From the NCBI RefSeq assembly GCF_001949145.1, contig NW_019091357.1, positions 62,001 to 126,000 of the forward strand: 64,000 nt of DNA. Reading direction: 5' to 3'. The notes under the pieces were generated by a model that saw nothing but the letters and a program-made list of their open reading frames with translations, had not been told where the DNA came from and did no database searches. Numbering within the stretch: position 1 is the stretch's first letter; every line of letters begins with the position of its first letter. A program made the position numbers and the translations under genes. Of the stretch, positions 62,825-64,000 are shown one piece after another. The DNA comes from Acanthaster planci. Lineage: Eukaryota.

Positions 62825-64000
62825 GTTTACTTGTTCTTGTATTCAATGGATCCTGATATCAGCTAGGCCTAAAGGAAACCTTGGGGGAAATGAAAATGAC
62901 ACATTGAAATGGATTAAGCTAAAATTATCACTGTGATCCACAGGGCATGTCTAATTAGCAAGGGGCAATGATGCCTCACCCTTAGACCATGGAGGAAGGA
63001 GGGGCTCCATGCTTAAACTTAGAGCAGCGTCAAAGGATTTTTGCGTCAACTTAAATGAACAAAACATCAAACAACTTGTCACTATAATTGGCGTGTAACA
63101 TCATCAAGCACAGTGTGGTGTATTCCTCCGTCCAGTTAGCCCACCAATTAAGTCGGCCTGTCGACAGTCGAACTTCTGATGACTAAAGTAAAGGCAAGCC
63201 TTCAACTAAGTCGTGCAAACGTCCTGCAGCCTGTGCAGGAGCTCACAACTGCTCACCTATTGAAGATTCGGGAAACTCTTGACACAGGTGCTTCTTCATT
63301 TTCCTTAAGACGCCAGTGGCGATGATATTCAACGCTCTGCTTTCACTTTCATCTTAATCGTGTTCATTTGGATAAAAAAGTGTAGGCCTAGACCAGAATT
63401 TGGCCAATCGACCAACAGCGTCGATCGGTACCGTACCGTGCACTATGCATGGAGTGCAGTGTGTACGTTACGTTACCGCATGGCTGTTGGTGAATCAATT
63501 TTTAGCAACTTAAGTAGAACGTCTGACCAATAACAAAGGGCTTGTGTGGTTTCCTCATTTATCATCGACTGTCACCTTTTGTCATCTCTTAGCTACGGAG
63601 AAATGTTGATAACTACCTAACTCGCAAAAAAACACTGGCATATCCTTGCCAGCCCGTGATGGGTATTTGTTACATGTAAATGAGTTCCCTCATAGAAATA
63701 TGGAATGATCACTATCGTTTCCAAGCAAGAATCACTTGTACATATTTTAGGACACTTGTGATTTACTGGTGAAGTTTATTATTACACTCTTCGGAAAATG
63801 AGGCAATTTTGCGGAACAGTATAATCATGGTATAATGTTTGCCTACCCCCACCACACCCGCCCCTCCCTGCCAACAAGAAGCTTCTACGTCCTTCACCAA
63901 TTTATCCAACTCACAAGCATCACAGACTCCGCACACTGGTTTAAAAAGTAAATACACAAATTTCAATTCTACGGAAACTGAAAATCTCAGTCTTTTCTTT

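Overview
Intron-rich eukaryotic (animal) DNA, AT-rich with short GT-AG introns; it looks like a marine invertebrate bilaterian, but the species cannot be determined from sequence. Contents: (1) ~1-18 kb, a tandem cluster of four related + strand genes (A partial, B, C, D) for type I membrane proteins with one atypical 6-Cys Sushi/CCP-like domain, one TM helix and three unrelated, motif-rich cytoplasmic tail types; (2) two Penelope-like retroelement insertions in this cluster carrying minimal hammerhead ribozyme motifs; (3) EEF1E1/AIMP3 (- strand), head-to-head with (4) a 25-exon ENPP-family type II membrane protein in which all six metal ligands and the catalytic Thr are substituted, with a ~200-aa Tyr-motif cytoplasmic N-terminus (predicted pseudoenzyme); (5) RGS22 (- strand) with RFX X-box-like motifs; (6) an N-acylation-motif calpain (CysPc + CBSW, no PEF; - strand) crossing an assembly gap; plus several MITEs and tandem repeats. 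The strongest candidates for undescribed biology are the dead-ENPP receptor-like gene and the tail-swapping Sushi receptor cluster. All gene models were spliced by hand without transcript evidence.
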